A stretch of 64,000 nt of DNA from an uncultured Candidatus Saccharibacteria bacterium (lineage in GTDB: Bacteria; Patescibacteriota; Minisyncoccia; Phycocordibacterales; UBA5272), in contig CAZJJX010000002.1 in the NCBI GenBank assembly GCA_964546555.1, positions 16,263 through 80,262 on the forward strand, in the 5' to 3' direction. Shown piece by piece: positions 48,890-58,674 of this stretch (position 1 is its first letter; the number at the start of each line of letters is the position of its first letter). The notes below the pieces were generated by a model, which saw only the letters and a program-made list of their open reading frames with translations, was not told where the DNA came from and made no database searches. Position numbers and translations under genes: made by a program.

Positions 48890-51112
48890 CTACTCCATAT
48901 GTACTTTTTCCTTTGCATCGATTGTGTTCTTTAGAAGTTCGTGATGTTCCAAAGTAGGATCTTGCTCGACGAGTTTTTTTGCTTCTTGTTGAGCAATATC
49001 TACGAGCTTCGGATTTTTGATTGCTTCCATTGCCAGATCACTTACGCCCCATTGTTTACCATCAAAGAGAGTCCCTATACCGCGTGTGAGCATATCTTGT
49101 TCAGCAAGCTCAAAGCCATTCTTTGCATGTACAAGCGCTTTGAGTCGTGTGTACGTGGTCTCTCCGGTGCTTTCGGTAAAGAGATAACAATATGACTGGT
49201 GCTCTGCTCTTCCTACTCGTCCACGAAGCTGATGGAGTTGCGCAAGTCCGAACCTGTCAGCATGTTCAATAATAATAACTGTTGCGTTTGGGACATTAAC
49301 ACCAACCTCAACAACAGATGTCGCAACCAAGATGTCAGATTTTTTGTCCAAGAAATCTTGCATCACTTCTTCTTTTTCTTCTTTCTTCATTTTGCTATGT
49401 AAAATATCGACAACGAATTCAGGAAAGATCTGGTGTGCGAGTCTGTCTGCTTCTTCTTTGACGCTCTTGAGAATTCTCTTTTGACGCTCTTCCTCATCTT
49501 GCTCATCGATGCGTGGGCAAATAACGTACACTTGTCTCCCAGATTGAAGTTCTTTGCGTACATGCTCATACATCTCACTTCGCTTACTGCTTTTGATTAT
49601 CTCTGTAATAATTTTTTTACGATTCTTCGGCATCGCATCAATAACAGTAAGGTCAAGATCTCCAAACATGGTAAGTGCAAGTGTACGAGGGATAGGGGTT
49701 GCTGTCATTGATAGGAGGTGAGGGATCGTGGAAGCATCGTTTCCGCTTGCAAGTGCTTTTCTTTGCTTTACCCCAAATCTATGTTGTTCATCAATAATGA
49801 CAAGGGCTAATTGTTCGAACTTAACACTCTTTTGAATAAGAGCATGAGTTCCAATGACAATTGATATCTTCCCATCTTTTATCCATGTAAGAAGCTGAGC
49901 GCGTGAGATTGAGGTTGAGTCATCATTTGTTTTGCTCGGGAACTTCTTACACCCATTTCCAGTAAGTAACCCGATCTCAATCCCTGTTCCTTTGAAATAA
50001 CTAACAAAGCTTTCAAAATGTTGTTTGGCAAGAATTTCAGTTGGAGCCATGTATGCAACTTGTAAGCGTTTACCATGTGTGGTTGCTCTATGACGTAGCA
50101 CAGCATGAGCAACAACCGCTGCAACAAACGTCTTACCACTACCAACATCACCCTCAAGTAGGCGTCCCATAGGCGTGCCGCTTCCCATATCTTCAAGAAT
50201 TGTCTTAATTGCCTGATTTTGAGCATCTGTTGGGGTGAAAGGGAATGTTCCAATAAACTTTTTCATTTCTTTAGTGTCTGTGGTGATAGTATAAGCATGT
50301 TCATTTTTAGCGGCTGCCTTTTCTTTGTGTTGTTTAACCTGAAGATGAAAAATTTCTTCGAATGCAAATCGTTTTCGTGCTGCAATTGTAAGATCTTCAG
50401 ATTTTGGAAAATGAATATAGAGTAGCGCCTCACGAAGTGTGGGCAAGTGTAGACGCTTACAGAGTTCTTGAGGAAGTGTGTCTTCTACAAAATCAAGAAT
50501 ATTTGTAGCGAGGGCTTTCTTAAGAAGGCTCTGGATGTAGAGCGATGTAACACCTTTTGTTTCTGGATAAATAGGGGTTAGCAGGGACATGTCTTTTTTA
50601 TTCAGTGATTTCCCTGCATCTGTTTCTCTTTGTTCTGCCATTGTTGTAAAGAGGGATTCTCCGCTTTCGGGAATGATAGATACTTTTTCAATGCTTGGGT
50701 TTGAAAGAAATATTCCTTTACTGTCTTCTTGGACGATTCCTGACACGCGAACCTTTGTGCCATCAGGGTACATCTTGCCAATATATGCTTGGTTAAACCA
50801 GATGCATCTGATGTGACCTGTGTTATCTACAACACGTGCTTCAGTCATTGGAATATGCCCTCGGAAACTTCTTCGGACTGCAACTTTTTCCATGATACCG
50901 TAGAGTACGATTGACTGACCTTTTGTAAGGTTTGTAGCACCTGTCATACCTTCCATGTTTACATAGCGTAATGGAAAATGTCTAAGAAGTTCCTCGATTG
51001 TTGTAATGTGCAGTCGAAGTAATCCAGCTTTATGATCAGAGGATAGACGGGTGAGAGACTCAAGAGATGATCTAAGGTTATAGGTATTAGGTTGTAGGTT
51101 TAAAGGGTTCAT
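48890..51112 (-). CDS. recG: ATP-dependent DNA helicase RecG
   Basis: EGDVGSGKT, MAPTEILA.QH, DEQHRFG, MTATPIPRTL, QLHQLRGRVGR. Confidence 0.97.
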   Translation of the reverse strand: MNPLNLQPNTYNLRSSLESLTRLSSDHKAGLLRLHITTIEELLRHFPLRYVNMEGMTGATNLTKGQSIVLYGIMEKVAVRRSFRGHIPMTEARVVDNTGHIRCIWFNQAYIGKMYPDGTKVRVSGIVQEDSKGIFLSNPSIEKVSIIPESGESLFTTMAEQRETDAGKSLNKKDMSLLTPIYPETKGVTSLYIQSLLKKALATNILDFVEDTLPQELCKRLHLPTLREALLYIHFPKSEDLTIAARKRFAFEEIFHLQVKQHKEKAAAKNEHAYTITTDTKEMKKFIGTFPFTPTDAQNQAIKTILEDMGSGTPMGRLLEGDVGSGKTFVAAVVAHAVLRHRATTHGKRLQVAYMAPTEILAKQHFESFVSYFKGTGIEIGLLTGNGCKKFPSKTNDDSTSISRAQLLTWIKDGKISIVIGTHALIQKSVKFEQLALVIIDEQHRFGVKQRKALASGNDASTIPHLLSMTATPIPRTLALTMFGDLDLTVIDAMPKNRKKIITEIIKSSKRSEMYEHVRKELQSGRQVYVICPRIDEQDEEERQKRILKSVKEEADRLAHQIFPEFVVDILHSKMKKEEKEEVMQDFLDKKSDILVATSVVEVGVNVPNATVIIIEHADRFGLAQLHQLRGRVGRAEHQSYCYLFTESTGETTYTRLKALVHAKNGFELAEQDMLTRGIGTLFDGKQWGVSDLAMEAIKNPKLVDIAQQEAKKLVEQDPTLEHHELLKNTIDAKEKVHME

Positions 51113-51116
51113 TTTA

Positions 51117-51468
51117 TTATGTTAATTTATGAATCATTGAATTTAGCATTTTCATTATTTCGATGAGTTTATTATTTAGTTCATCGTACTTATCTTTCCC
51201 CAGGTATCCCTAGATCTTTAGAAAAAAGTAATTGGGTTTCAATCTCTGCGCTTGAACCATATGCCATAATAATAAAAGACCGGTAATCTTTTCTCGTTCC
51301 CCGTTTACTTCCTTCCGCAATATTTGAAGGTATTGAAAGTGATGCCCTTCGTAGTTGTGATACTAGTCCATATTTTTCATCAGCTGGAAAATTTTTTGTT
51401 ACTGAATATACCTCAAGACCAAATTTGTATGATTGTTGCCAGACAGTAAGTTCTTTGTACGATGTCAT
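51117..51468 (-). pseudogene. four helix bundle protein with single-base frameshift
   Basis: SQLRRASLSIPSNIAEG; removing one base of the run at 51208-51210 restores DLGYLGKDKYDELNNKLIEIMKMLNSMIHKLT, matching the 33641 paralogue tail. Confidence 0.85.
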
Positions 51469-51516
51469 TTTGTATTTTATAACCTACAACTTAATACCTA
51501 TAACCTTGCTTTTTTG

Positions 51517-51888
51517 TTACCTAAACTGTGCTGCACGTCGTGTATAGATGATAAGCGCAAGGGTGACCAAGATAAGCACAAAGAGAAGCATGTTTGCGCT
51601 TGTATAGCTATGCATTGAAAAGTTAATATAGAGTTCCGTTGAGAGGATAAGGAGGACAATGATAAGTGGGAATATCGGTCGAGGCCAAATAAGAATAAGA
51701 AGACCAAGCGCGATGAAGAATGAGTGCCAAAGGGTAAAGGTGATACTTTCTGATATTTGTATAGACTGATTAATGCACTCAAAAAGAGCCATTTTAGCTT
51801 TTTTTACACCAGCGGTAAGTGCTTGTGCATGAGGGTAAATGAAGTAGAGCGCTACTGCAAGTCTAAGAAGATATGGCCAGATAAACAT
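51517..51888 (-). CDS. DoxX-like small membrane protein
   Basis: LLRLAVA.YF.Y and four hydrophobic segments. Confidence 0.55.
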   Translation of the reverse strand: MFIWPYLLRLAVALYFIYPHAQALTAGVKKAKMALFECINQSIQISESITFTLWHSFFIALGLLILIWPRPIFPLIIVLLILSTELYINFSMHSYTSANMLLFVLILVTLALIIYTRRAAQFR

Positions 51889-51946
51889 AGGGTTATTATA
51901 TCATGGGTAATAAGGAAGACTACAGATCAGGGGGTATACAGATATT

Positions 51947-52056
51947 AAATCGCTACCTGTTAGTTGTCAGTTAAATACAATACACGCTACGCGAAGGCTT
52001 TGCCTTCGCGTAATATCCTCTAGTATTTGTCTGTTATCTGTTAGCGTAGCGGTCTG
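51947..52056. repeat. palindromic element family B (degenerate left arm)
   Basis: Inner TACGCGAAGGC-TTT-GCCTTCGCGTA; right arm TATCTGTTAGCGTAGCGGTCTG identical to the 35669-35690 segment. Confidence 0.75.
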
Positions 52057-52073
52057 TTTGTCTGAAATCTTTC

Positions 52074-54248
52074 CTACTGTTCCTCGCTCTTGACTACCTG
52101 TACCCGTTTTGTTTCCTTATTGCCATTACCGCAGTCATAGACGAAGTCTGTCGTGTAATTAATCTTCAGTGTCTTTTTACCAAGCGCTCTCCAGTCTGTG
52201 CCTAGATGTCCAGGTGCTACTGTTTTTATTGCGGTTGTGAGTACACGTGATGTAGCAGGGTCATTCACGTCAGTTGTTGTTGCATTTAAGATAGCATTAA
52301 GTGAGCTTGATGCTGCAAGTTGGAGCGCACTACATGCATTGTTTGCACACACAACACGTGCGTAGAGCATACAACTAGAAGTTGGGTAGACGGTGTCCCA
52401 TGTAAGAGTCGCAGGTTCACCGATAACGATAGAAGGCGGAGTAACATTGAGTGTCACATCAGGTGTTCCTGGCGTTGCGTCGTAATATCGAGTGACTTGG
52501 TCGTAGATGTTGCCGTGCGCACATCGTATAACATAGTTCCCTTCACTTGTTATACCGCCTATCACAACTGGTCCACTATATGATGTTGTAGCAACAAAAA
52601 TTGAATCATTATAGTACACAGCGTAGCTGTCCGTATCTGTGTTGTCACATGTAAGTGTGATCGTTCCAGGAGGGTAGAGCTCACCGTCAACTACAGCACT
52701 GATTACCTGAGGATCTGCACATGCTGAGTTCATACTATCCCATCTATCTGACCCGGTACACGCAACAGTAACATCAGTCCATGGTGTTCCACAATTATTT
52801 GTTTCGTCAGATTCAGTGATTACGCCACCACCTGCTGATGAAGTTTTATCAGTACATAGCCTCACAGAGTACGTACCTGGTCCACCAGGGAACGTGTATG
52901 TTTTATTAATTACTCTACTTCCTCCCGCAGCTAATGTTGATGTGCTGGATGAAGGTAAGTCAGTAATAGTTCCTCCTCCATTTGATTGATCGGCTACCTG
53001 GAAGAAGTTGCTAAATGATCCACCAGTTGAAAATGTTCCACCATTTGTAATGGTTCCAGAGAGTATTGTATCTGTTCCAGGTACAGCAGAAGAAGGTGAT
53101 GCAACTGAAGCGGTAAGGTCTATATATCCTGTACCACATGTTACACCATCCCAAGGTGTAGAAGGGTCACAAACAACAAGTGAACGTGTTGGTGGAGGGG
53201 TTGGGCCGTAGCGTAGACCTAGTGCTGCGTTATCGTATGCGGCAGCTTGGATTGTGTAAGTGCCTGTACCGGCAGGTGTAAACACAAAGTCTAGGGTTTT
53301 ACTTGTTGTTGCAGTAAATGGGGCACGGTTCGCAACCCATCCCCCGTTACTTTGAGTTCCTCCTGTACTTGTTGCAGTGTATCCAGGTATTGCGTATGTG
53401 TTCCATGTCCAGTTACTTATAGGGGCAGGTGCTAGCCAGTCCATGACGAGATTTGTCATGTCACCGTTTGCATCGTACGCTTCCATATGAACATCAACAT
53501 TACCTCCAAGAGTTATACCTGTTTGCGAAACTGTAAAGACTGGAATGGTTGGTAAAGGGTTAACAAGGATAGAAACTGTTGAATATCCATGTCCTAATGT
53601 GTTGTAACATGAAAACATGTAGTCTGTTGATGATGAAAAAGGACTGCTCGGGTTCCAGTCAACACCGTGGGTTGCAAGATAAGTGTCTGTAGCATTAAGG
53701 AGAGTCCATGCAGATGTAAGGTCAGGGTAACGGTAGTACATCCCACACGTATCTGCCCCAACTTCAGTAAACGTTATATGCGATGTCCCTCCAGGTAAAA
53801 CAACGGTCGGCGTTGCAGTAGCTGTAACAACTGGTGGGCCAGCAACACATGTAGTGCCGTTCCAAGAAGAAGACCCAGCAAGATCCCACTTTCCGCAGCA
53901 TCGTGACTGATCAGGGTTTACATTAATTGTATCGCTTGCAGACATACCGTCACAGACAAGTGTTACGGTGCATGTTGCGGCAGGGTAAATAGTAGATGAA
54001 CTTGAAGTATTAGGGGTGATGGTAAAGTTACAAGAAGAGATGGATCCACCGCCTGGAGTTGTGTCATCTGGCGTACATGCACCCGAGGTATTACTTGATG
54101 ACCAGTAAAGTGTTTGAGGTTCTCCTGGGCAAACATCAGAAATAGCAAAAACAGGGACATATGCTAGAAGGGTGAGTGATACTAATGCGAAAGCAAGTAA
54201 CGTTTGACGAAGTGGGTTTCTGTGAGATCTGTGAGAATAGTGCAACAT
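52074..54248 (-). CDS. secreted Cys/Thr-rich surface protein with CARDB/Ig-like domains
   Basis: Signal peptide ending VFA; IDLTAS...ITNGG...GTYSVRLC.D...ITESDETNNC. Confidence 0.8.
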   Translation of the reverse strand: MLHYSHRSHRNPLRQTLLAFALVSLTLLAYVPVFAISDVCPGEPQTLYWSSSNTSGACTPDDTTPGGGSISSCNFTITPNTSSSSTIYPAATCTVTLVCDGMSASDTINVNPDQSRCCGKWDLAGSSSWNGTTCVAGPPVVTATATPTVVLPGGTSHITFTEVGADTCGMYYRYPDLTSAWTLLNATDTYLATHGVDWNPSSPFSSSTDYMFSCYNTLGHGYSTVSILVNPLPTIPVFTVSQTGITLGGNVDVHMEAYDANGDMTNLVMDWLAPAPISNWTWNTYAIPGYTATSTGGTQSNGGWVANRAPFTATTSKTLDFVFTPAGTGTYTIQAAAYDNAALGLRYGPTPPPTRSLVVCDPSTPWDGVTCGTGYIDLTASVASPSSAVPGTDTILSGTITNGGTFSTGGSFSNFFQVADQSNGGGTITDLPSSSTSTLAAGGSRVINKTYTFPGGPGTYSVRLCTDKTSSAGGGVITESDETNNCGTPWTDVTVACTGSDRWDSMNSACADPQVISAVVDGELYPPGTITLTCDNTDTDSYAVYYNDSIFVATTSYSGPVVIGGITSEGNYVIRCAHGNIYDQVTRYYDATPGTPDVTLNVTPPSIVIGEPATLTWDTVYPTSSCMLYARVVCANNACSALQLAASSSLNAILNATTTDVNDPATSRVLTTAIKTVAPGHLGTDWRALGKKTLKINYTTDFVYDCGNGNKETKRVQVVKSEEQ

Positions 54249-54567
54249 ATATTTGTAGAGCTGTTACCATTGACTACATTATTTTAGTGTAGCACTAGTT
54301 TTGTATTTGTAAGGTTTTTTTATATAAAAAATGGGGAAAACTCAAAGATTGTTAAATGTAAATGCACTCACCACCTATTGTTTTTCTTTGTGTGAGTACT
54401 TGCAGGAGATAAATAAACCAATATGTGCTTAATGCTTTAAACATAGACAAAACAGTTATATTAAAAGGGTTTTAACAAGTATTGACAAAATAATAATAAA
54501 ATGTAATAATATATAGTGGATTCTTTGTACGTTTCAATCCTCATTTCAAATTTCAGGAGATTTCACC

Positions 54568-55194
54568 ATGAAGAAAATTCTTTCGGTATTCGTTGCTGCA
54601 GTTGTTGTTGCGTTCTCGGTTTCCGTTTTCGCGCAGCAGGCAGTGGCACAAGCCCCGCAAGTTGCAGTGTCAGCAGCAGCTACATCCGACGATGGTAAGA
54701 TTGTCGGTAATGAGAAGATCGCAGCCTTCCTCAAGGAGGAGTTCAAGATTGACTACACTCCGGTGGATGATGGGATGGATTGTGATTCCAAAGCAAAAAC
54801 CCCGACCGTTGGTGCTAAAGTCCCGGAGAATATTTTCTATGTGGTTAATTGTCAGACAGGAGTAAAATCCTCAAATGGTCAGTTGCAGGTCTCGATCGGA
54901 TGGGTTCCGAAAAGTAAAAACAAACTTCATTCACAAATCTTTTTTTCCGTTAACAACGCGATAAGTAATAATGTTTCTTATCGAGTGGATGACAAAGTGG
55001 TTTGCAAGAAAGAAGAGAAAGGTATCACTGGATGTCTCTCAGAGTTTGCAACAAACAAAAATGTTCTTCATACGTACTTTTTTTATATCGGAGATAATGT
55101 ATTTCTGGCTGTTAGTGACCTTTTTTCGAATCAAAAAGAAGAGGCCTACAAAGTCGCTGTAGAGTACTCATCTCGGATTAAATCATTCAAGTGA
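54568..55194 (+). CDS. secreted hypothetical protein
   Basis: Classical signal peptide MKKILSVFVAAVVVAFSVSVFA; SD AGGAG; upstream TTGACA. Confidence 0.8.
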   Translation: MKKILSVFVAAVVVAFSVSVFAQQAVAQAPQVAVSAAATSDDGKIVGNEKIAAFLKEEFKIDYTPVDDGMDCDSKAKTPTVGAKVPENIFYVVNCQTGVKSSNGQLQVSIGWVPKSKNKLHSQIFFSVNNAISNNVSYRVDDKVVCKKEEKGITGCLSEFATNKNVLHTYFFYIGDNVFLAVSDLFSNQKEEAYKVAVEYSSRIKSFK

Positions 55195-55290
55195 ATTGTT
55201 TTTGTTTCAAACCCCCTAGATACAGTCTAGGGGGTTTTGTGTATAACTGGTAACTATATTTGTGCATAAATGGTATACACTATAAAGTAT

Positions 55291-57234
55291 ATGCAATCTT
55301 TTAATAATTTTTTAAATAACCTTAGACAAGAGCCTACTACTTTTAAGAGAGCGCTTTATCTTGGAGTTTTTATAGCTTTATGTATTGTCGTAGGTAGTAT
55401 CATCATTTTCCGTGTTTACACTATCAAGCAAAAGCCAATCACTACAATCCCACGTTCAGATATTGTGACATTTATTAAAGAAAAGTATGGAACCACTATT
55501 TCTCTTGCGTCATTTGGAAATTTTGATTTTGTTATTTGTCCTGAAGTGGAAGAGTTAACAAAGTATACAAAAATAGGTCAAAACATAGATTGTGTTGCCA
55601 GAAAAGATGGCTATGTGATGGTTGTGGGCTCAACAATGGTGTCTTCAATGACACAAGATGCAAAAGATTTTTTGAGTAACTATTTAGTTAAAAATTATCA
55701 TTTAAGTGTAGGACGAGATTATACTATTACGTGTACACTTGAGAAAGCTTTTAAGCGTCCAAATCAAAGTCTTGAACAATGTGAAATATATGCTGTGTTA
55801 AATAATGATATTGCAAAGCAAAAATCTCTTCTTGTTATGAATTTTTCGGCATATTTCTTTAACACCGATAGAGAGACTAAGAATTTTATTATTATAAGTC
55901 CATGGCTTGACCCATTTGTTTTTGAGTCAATTATTATTAATCAAGATATAAAGAAAGTATCGAGCACTAAGTATAAAATGCAAAGCGGCATACTTTTTGA
56001 AAAGGTGTACGCTACCGAAGGTCCTACCGGAGGAGAAACTTCCTCTGGCGGAGGAAAAGGAAGTGGAGAGACTACTGGTACGGGTAACTTAGGTGTAACT
56101 TTAGGTGTGCATGCTGCTTCACTCGGAGTAGCAAATCTTAGTGGCGTTAATATTGTTGGGTCTCCTGGTACTGTTGCAAATGCTGTCGCTGCAGGAATGT
56201 CAATCACAGGTCCAGGTGTTGCATGTTGCAATTCAGCAGGTGATAGTGTTTCTGACTCAGATTCGCCAGGAGTAGATGCTGGGAATGGTTCAATAACATA
56301 TGCTCAAGATGGAACACCGATTTACGTTACAACAACACCAACATCTACAAGTACAATCACATGCCCATCTGGGTACGAGGTGGATAGTTATATGCAGTAC
56401 GCATGTTATACAGCACCGAGAGCTGCAGGGTGTGTGAGCCAAGGGGATTCAGATCAATGTTGGAATGCTACAGCAGGTTCTGTAACTCCTTACCAGACAT
56501 CCATACCTAATTGTGCATATTATGGGGCTATTCAGGTGTCTCGACAAGTGATTTATTGTGCAGCAGATACGCCATCTTCTGATGTTGGTCTCTCTGTTGG
56601 ATCAGCGATTCCTCCTGCACCTGCCGTCACCTTTAAAGTTAATAATACAAAAGAAACTGCTGCTACAACAACATACGGGGGATCCGCTTCACTCACGTGG
56701 TCATCACTTGGTGCGCGTGACTGTGTTGCTTCTGGTGATTGGAGTGGCACAAAGGGAACTTCATCAGGGTCGCTCTCGGTTACTAATACAAATATTGCAT
56801 CTGGGGTAACAGCAAAAACCTATAAGCTCTCTTGTACAACAGGTAAACGTACCATTACAAAAACAATTAGAATTAATGAGGATGCGCAGCCTGCACCTAC
56901 AGTGTCATTCTATGCTACATACGATCAAGGGTCTGCTCTCGTAGGCTCAACCCTCCATCAAGGACAGTCACTTCATTTGACATGGAGTACTACTAACGCA
57001 AGTACATGTACTGCGTCAAATGCATGGTCTGGACCAAAGGCTACGTCCGGAACTCTTGAAGTATTAAGTAGTAATGCAACAGTTTCAAATTATGATGTAA
57101 CTTATACACTTACCTGTGCTAATCTAAGCGGAAGAACAACTGCCCAGTCTGTTACAGTTACTATTAGTACTGCAGTACCAGTTTGTCCTGATAATGGAAC
57201 ATGGCCAAATTGTTGGGCTTCAGGAGGAAACTAA
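55291..57234 (+). CDS. membrane-anchored Cys-rich surface protein with C-terminal Ig-like repeats
   Basis: N-terminal TM, Gly/Ser/Thr linker, two LTWS....C.AS..WSG.K.TSG...Y.L.C units. Confidence 0.8.
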   Translation: MQSFNNFLNNLRQEPTTFKRALYLGVFIALCIVVGSIIIFRVYTIKQKPITTIPRSDIVTFIKEKYGTTISLASFGNFDFVICPEVEELTKYTKIGQNIDCVARKDGYVMVVGSTMVSSMTQDAKDFLSNYLVKNYHLSVGRDYTITCTLEKAFKRPNQSLEQCEIYAVLNNDIAKQKSLLVMNFSAYFFNTDRETKNFIIISPWLDPFVFESIIINQDIKKVSSTKYKMQSGILFEKVYATEGPTGGETSSGGGKGSGETTGTGNLGVTLGVHAASLGVANLSGVNIVGSPGTVANAVAAGMSITGPGVACCNSAGDSVSDSDSPGVDAGNGSITYAQDGTPIYVTTTPTSTSTITCPSGYEVDSYMQYACYTAPRAAGCVSQGDSDQCWNATAGSVTPYQTSIPNCAYYGAIQVSRQVIYCAADTPSSDVGLSVGSAIPPAPAVTFKVNNTKETAATTTYGGSASLTWSSLGARDCVASGDWSGTKGTSSGSLSVTNTNIASGVTAKTYKLSCTTGKRTITKTIRINEDAQPAPTVSFYATYDQGSALVGSTLHQGQSLHLTWSTTNASTCTASNAWSGPKATSGTLEVLSSNATVSNYDVTYTLTCANLSGRTTAQSVTVTISTAVPVCPDNGTWPNCWASGGN

Positions 57235-57284
57235 CTGAGAAAGAGTATTCATGCTAAATAAAGACATGATACACTTTGCGTATC

Positions 57285-58646
57285 ATGTCTTTATTTGTTT
57301 ATTTATACGCTTTGTGTGTAAGTGCCGCACTACTTTTTTCATTCTATGTTGTTTTAAATAACGTAGCAAAAGGTTTTTCTAAAAAAACATGCTTACACAT
57401 TATTGGTGTAGGTGTTATTTTCTATTCGATAGTATTTTCTTGGATATTGACAACATACCCTCTTGAGTATTCTGGTTTTACGGGGCTTACAAGTTTTCTA
57501 TTACTCCTTGTTTATTATAGTGCTACAGTAGTGGTCGCAGCAGTTTCTTTCGTATGGTTCTTTTTACTTGTTCTTGTAAAAAGGTTGCTTCAAAAATGTA
57601 AAGACATAGCATATGGTGCATATGGTCGCGTTATATACACCCTTTTTTGTGGGGTTCTTATGATGACATATGGTTACGTATCTTCTTTTCTACTCTATTT
57701 GCTCTACTATTCTCCTCATATTGATTTTGGTTGGTATTGGATTTTTGCAGATCCGTCAGTACTCCTTGTTTTTACTCCCGTTGGACTTTTAATTCCTTTC
57801 ATCGGTGCCTTAGGAGTGAACTTTTTATTTGGCGTCAGTGTGGAATTTCTTTCTAGGTTCTCATTTAGAAAGACTATCGTCGTGTATTTGTTTTTTGGTG
57901 TACTTTCTTGTATGTATATAGGGTATTCTTCTAAAATTATGTCTGCTACAACAAGCATAAGTGTTCCACTTGCTGGAACCAATATTTTAGACATGGATGG
58001 AAATAGAATTATTTCTACATCCATGTATGATACCAAGAAACCACAAGAAACAGTTATGCGTGTTATTGAGAAAACACAACCAAGTACAACTTTTTTTGCT
58101 CCTGAGGCAGTTGGCACAAGATATGAGCTTCTTGAGAGTGTAAGAAGGGCTAAGTCACATATTATTTACGGAGGTCCGTATTATAAGAATGGGTTGTCCT
58201 ATAATGGTCTTATGGAATATTCATTTGATGGTTCGTCATATCCGCAAAGTATTACAGAAAAGAAGTTCCTCATTCCTTTTGGTGAATATATCCCACTTGT
58301 TTTTACGTATTCTGGTGCGCTTTTTTTATCCGATGAAAACTTTACTAAGGTGATTACAAGGAAGCAAAGAGATTCTGGTCGAGGCTTGCAGGAAAAATGG
58401 ATTAATGGGGAGTTGTATGTGGTTGGGCTTTGTTCTGATTTTTGGTCACGAGAAGGTATTGCAGTTGCAAAAAAATCACAAGCAAGAAAAGCATTAGCAT
58501 TTGAGTCAAATTCTTTTTTTAGAAATAATAGATGGTTCTTGGTTAATCTTTATGCATGGCATACATATTTTGCAAAATCAACAGGGAAGACGCTCGTCTC
58601 TGTTCCAAACGATAGTCCGATATGGGTAATTAATGGAAGCTGGTGA
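57285..58646 (+). CDS. apolipoprotein N-acyltransferase (Lnt)-like protein
   Basis: Multi-TM N-terminus plus nitrilase-fold motifs PEA, YNG, K..LIPFGEYIP, LCSD. Confidence 0.75.
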   Translation: MSLFVYLYALCVSAALLFSFYVVLNNVAKGFSKKTCLHIIGVGVIFYSIVFSWILTTYPLEYSGFTGLTSFLLLLVYYSATVVVAAVSFVWFFLLVLVKRLLQKCKDIAYGAYGRVIYTLFCGVLMMTYGYVSSFLLYLLYYSPHIDFGWYWIFADPSVLLVFTPVGLLIPFIGALGVNFLFGVSVEFLSRFSFRKTIVVYLFFGVLSCMYIGYSSKIMSATTSISVPLAGTNILDMDGNRIISTSMYDTKKPQETVMRVIEKTQPSTTFFAPEAVGTRYELLESVRRAKSHIIYGGPYYKNGLSYNGLMEYSFDGSSYPQSITEKKFLIPFGEYIPLVFTYSGALFLSDENFTKVITRKQRDSGRGLQEKWINGELYVVGLCSDFWSREGIAVAKKSQARKALAFESNSFFRNNRWFLVNLYAWHTYFAKSTGKTLVSVPNDSPIWVINGSW

Positions 58647-58674
58647 GGTATACTTATCAAATACTTAACACTTA

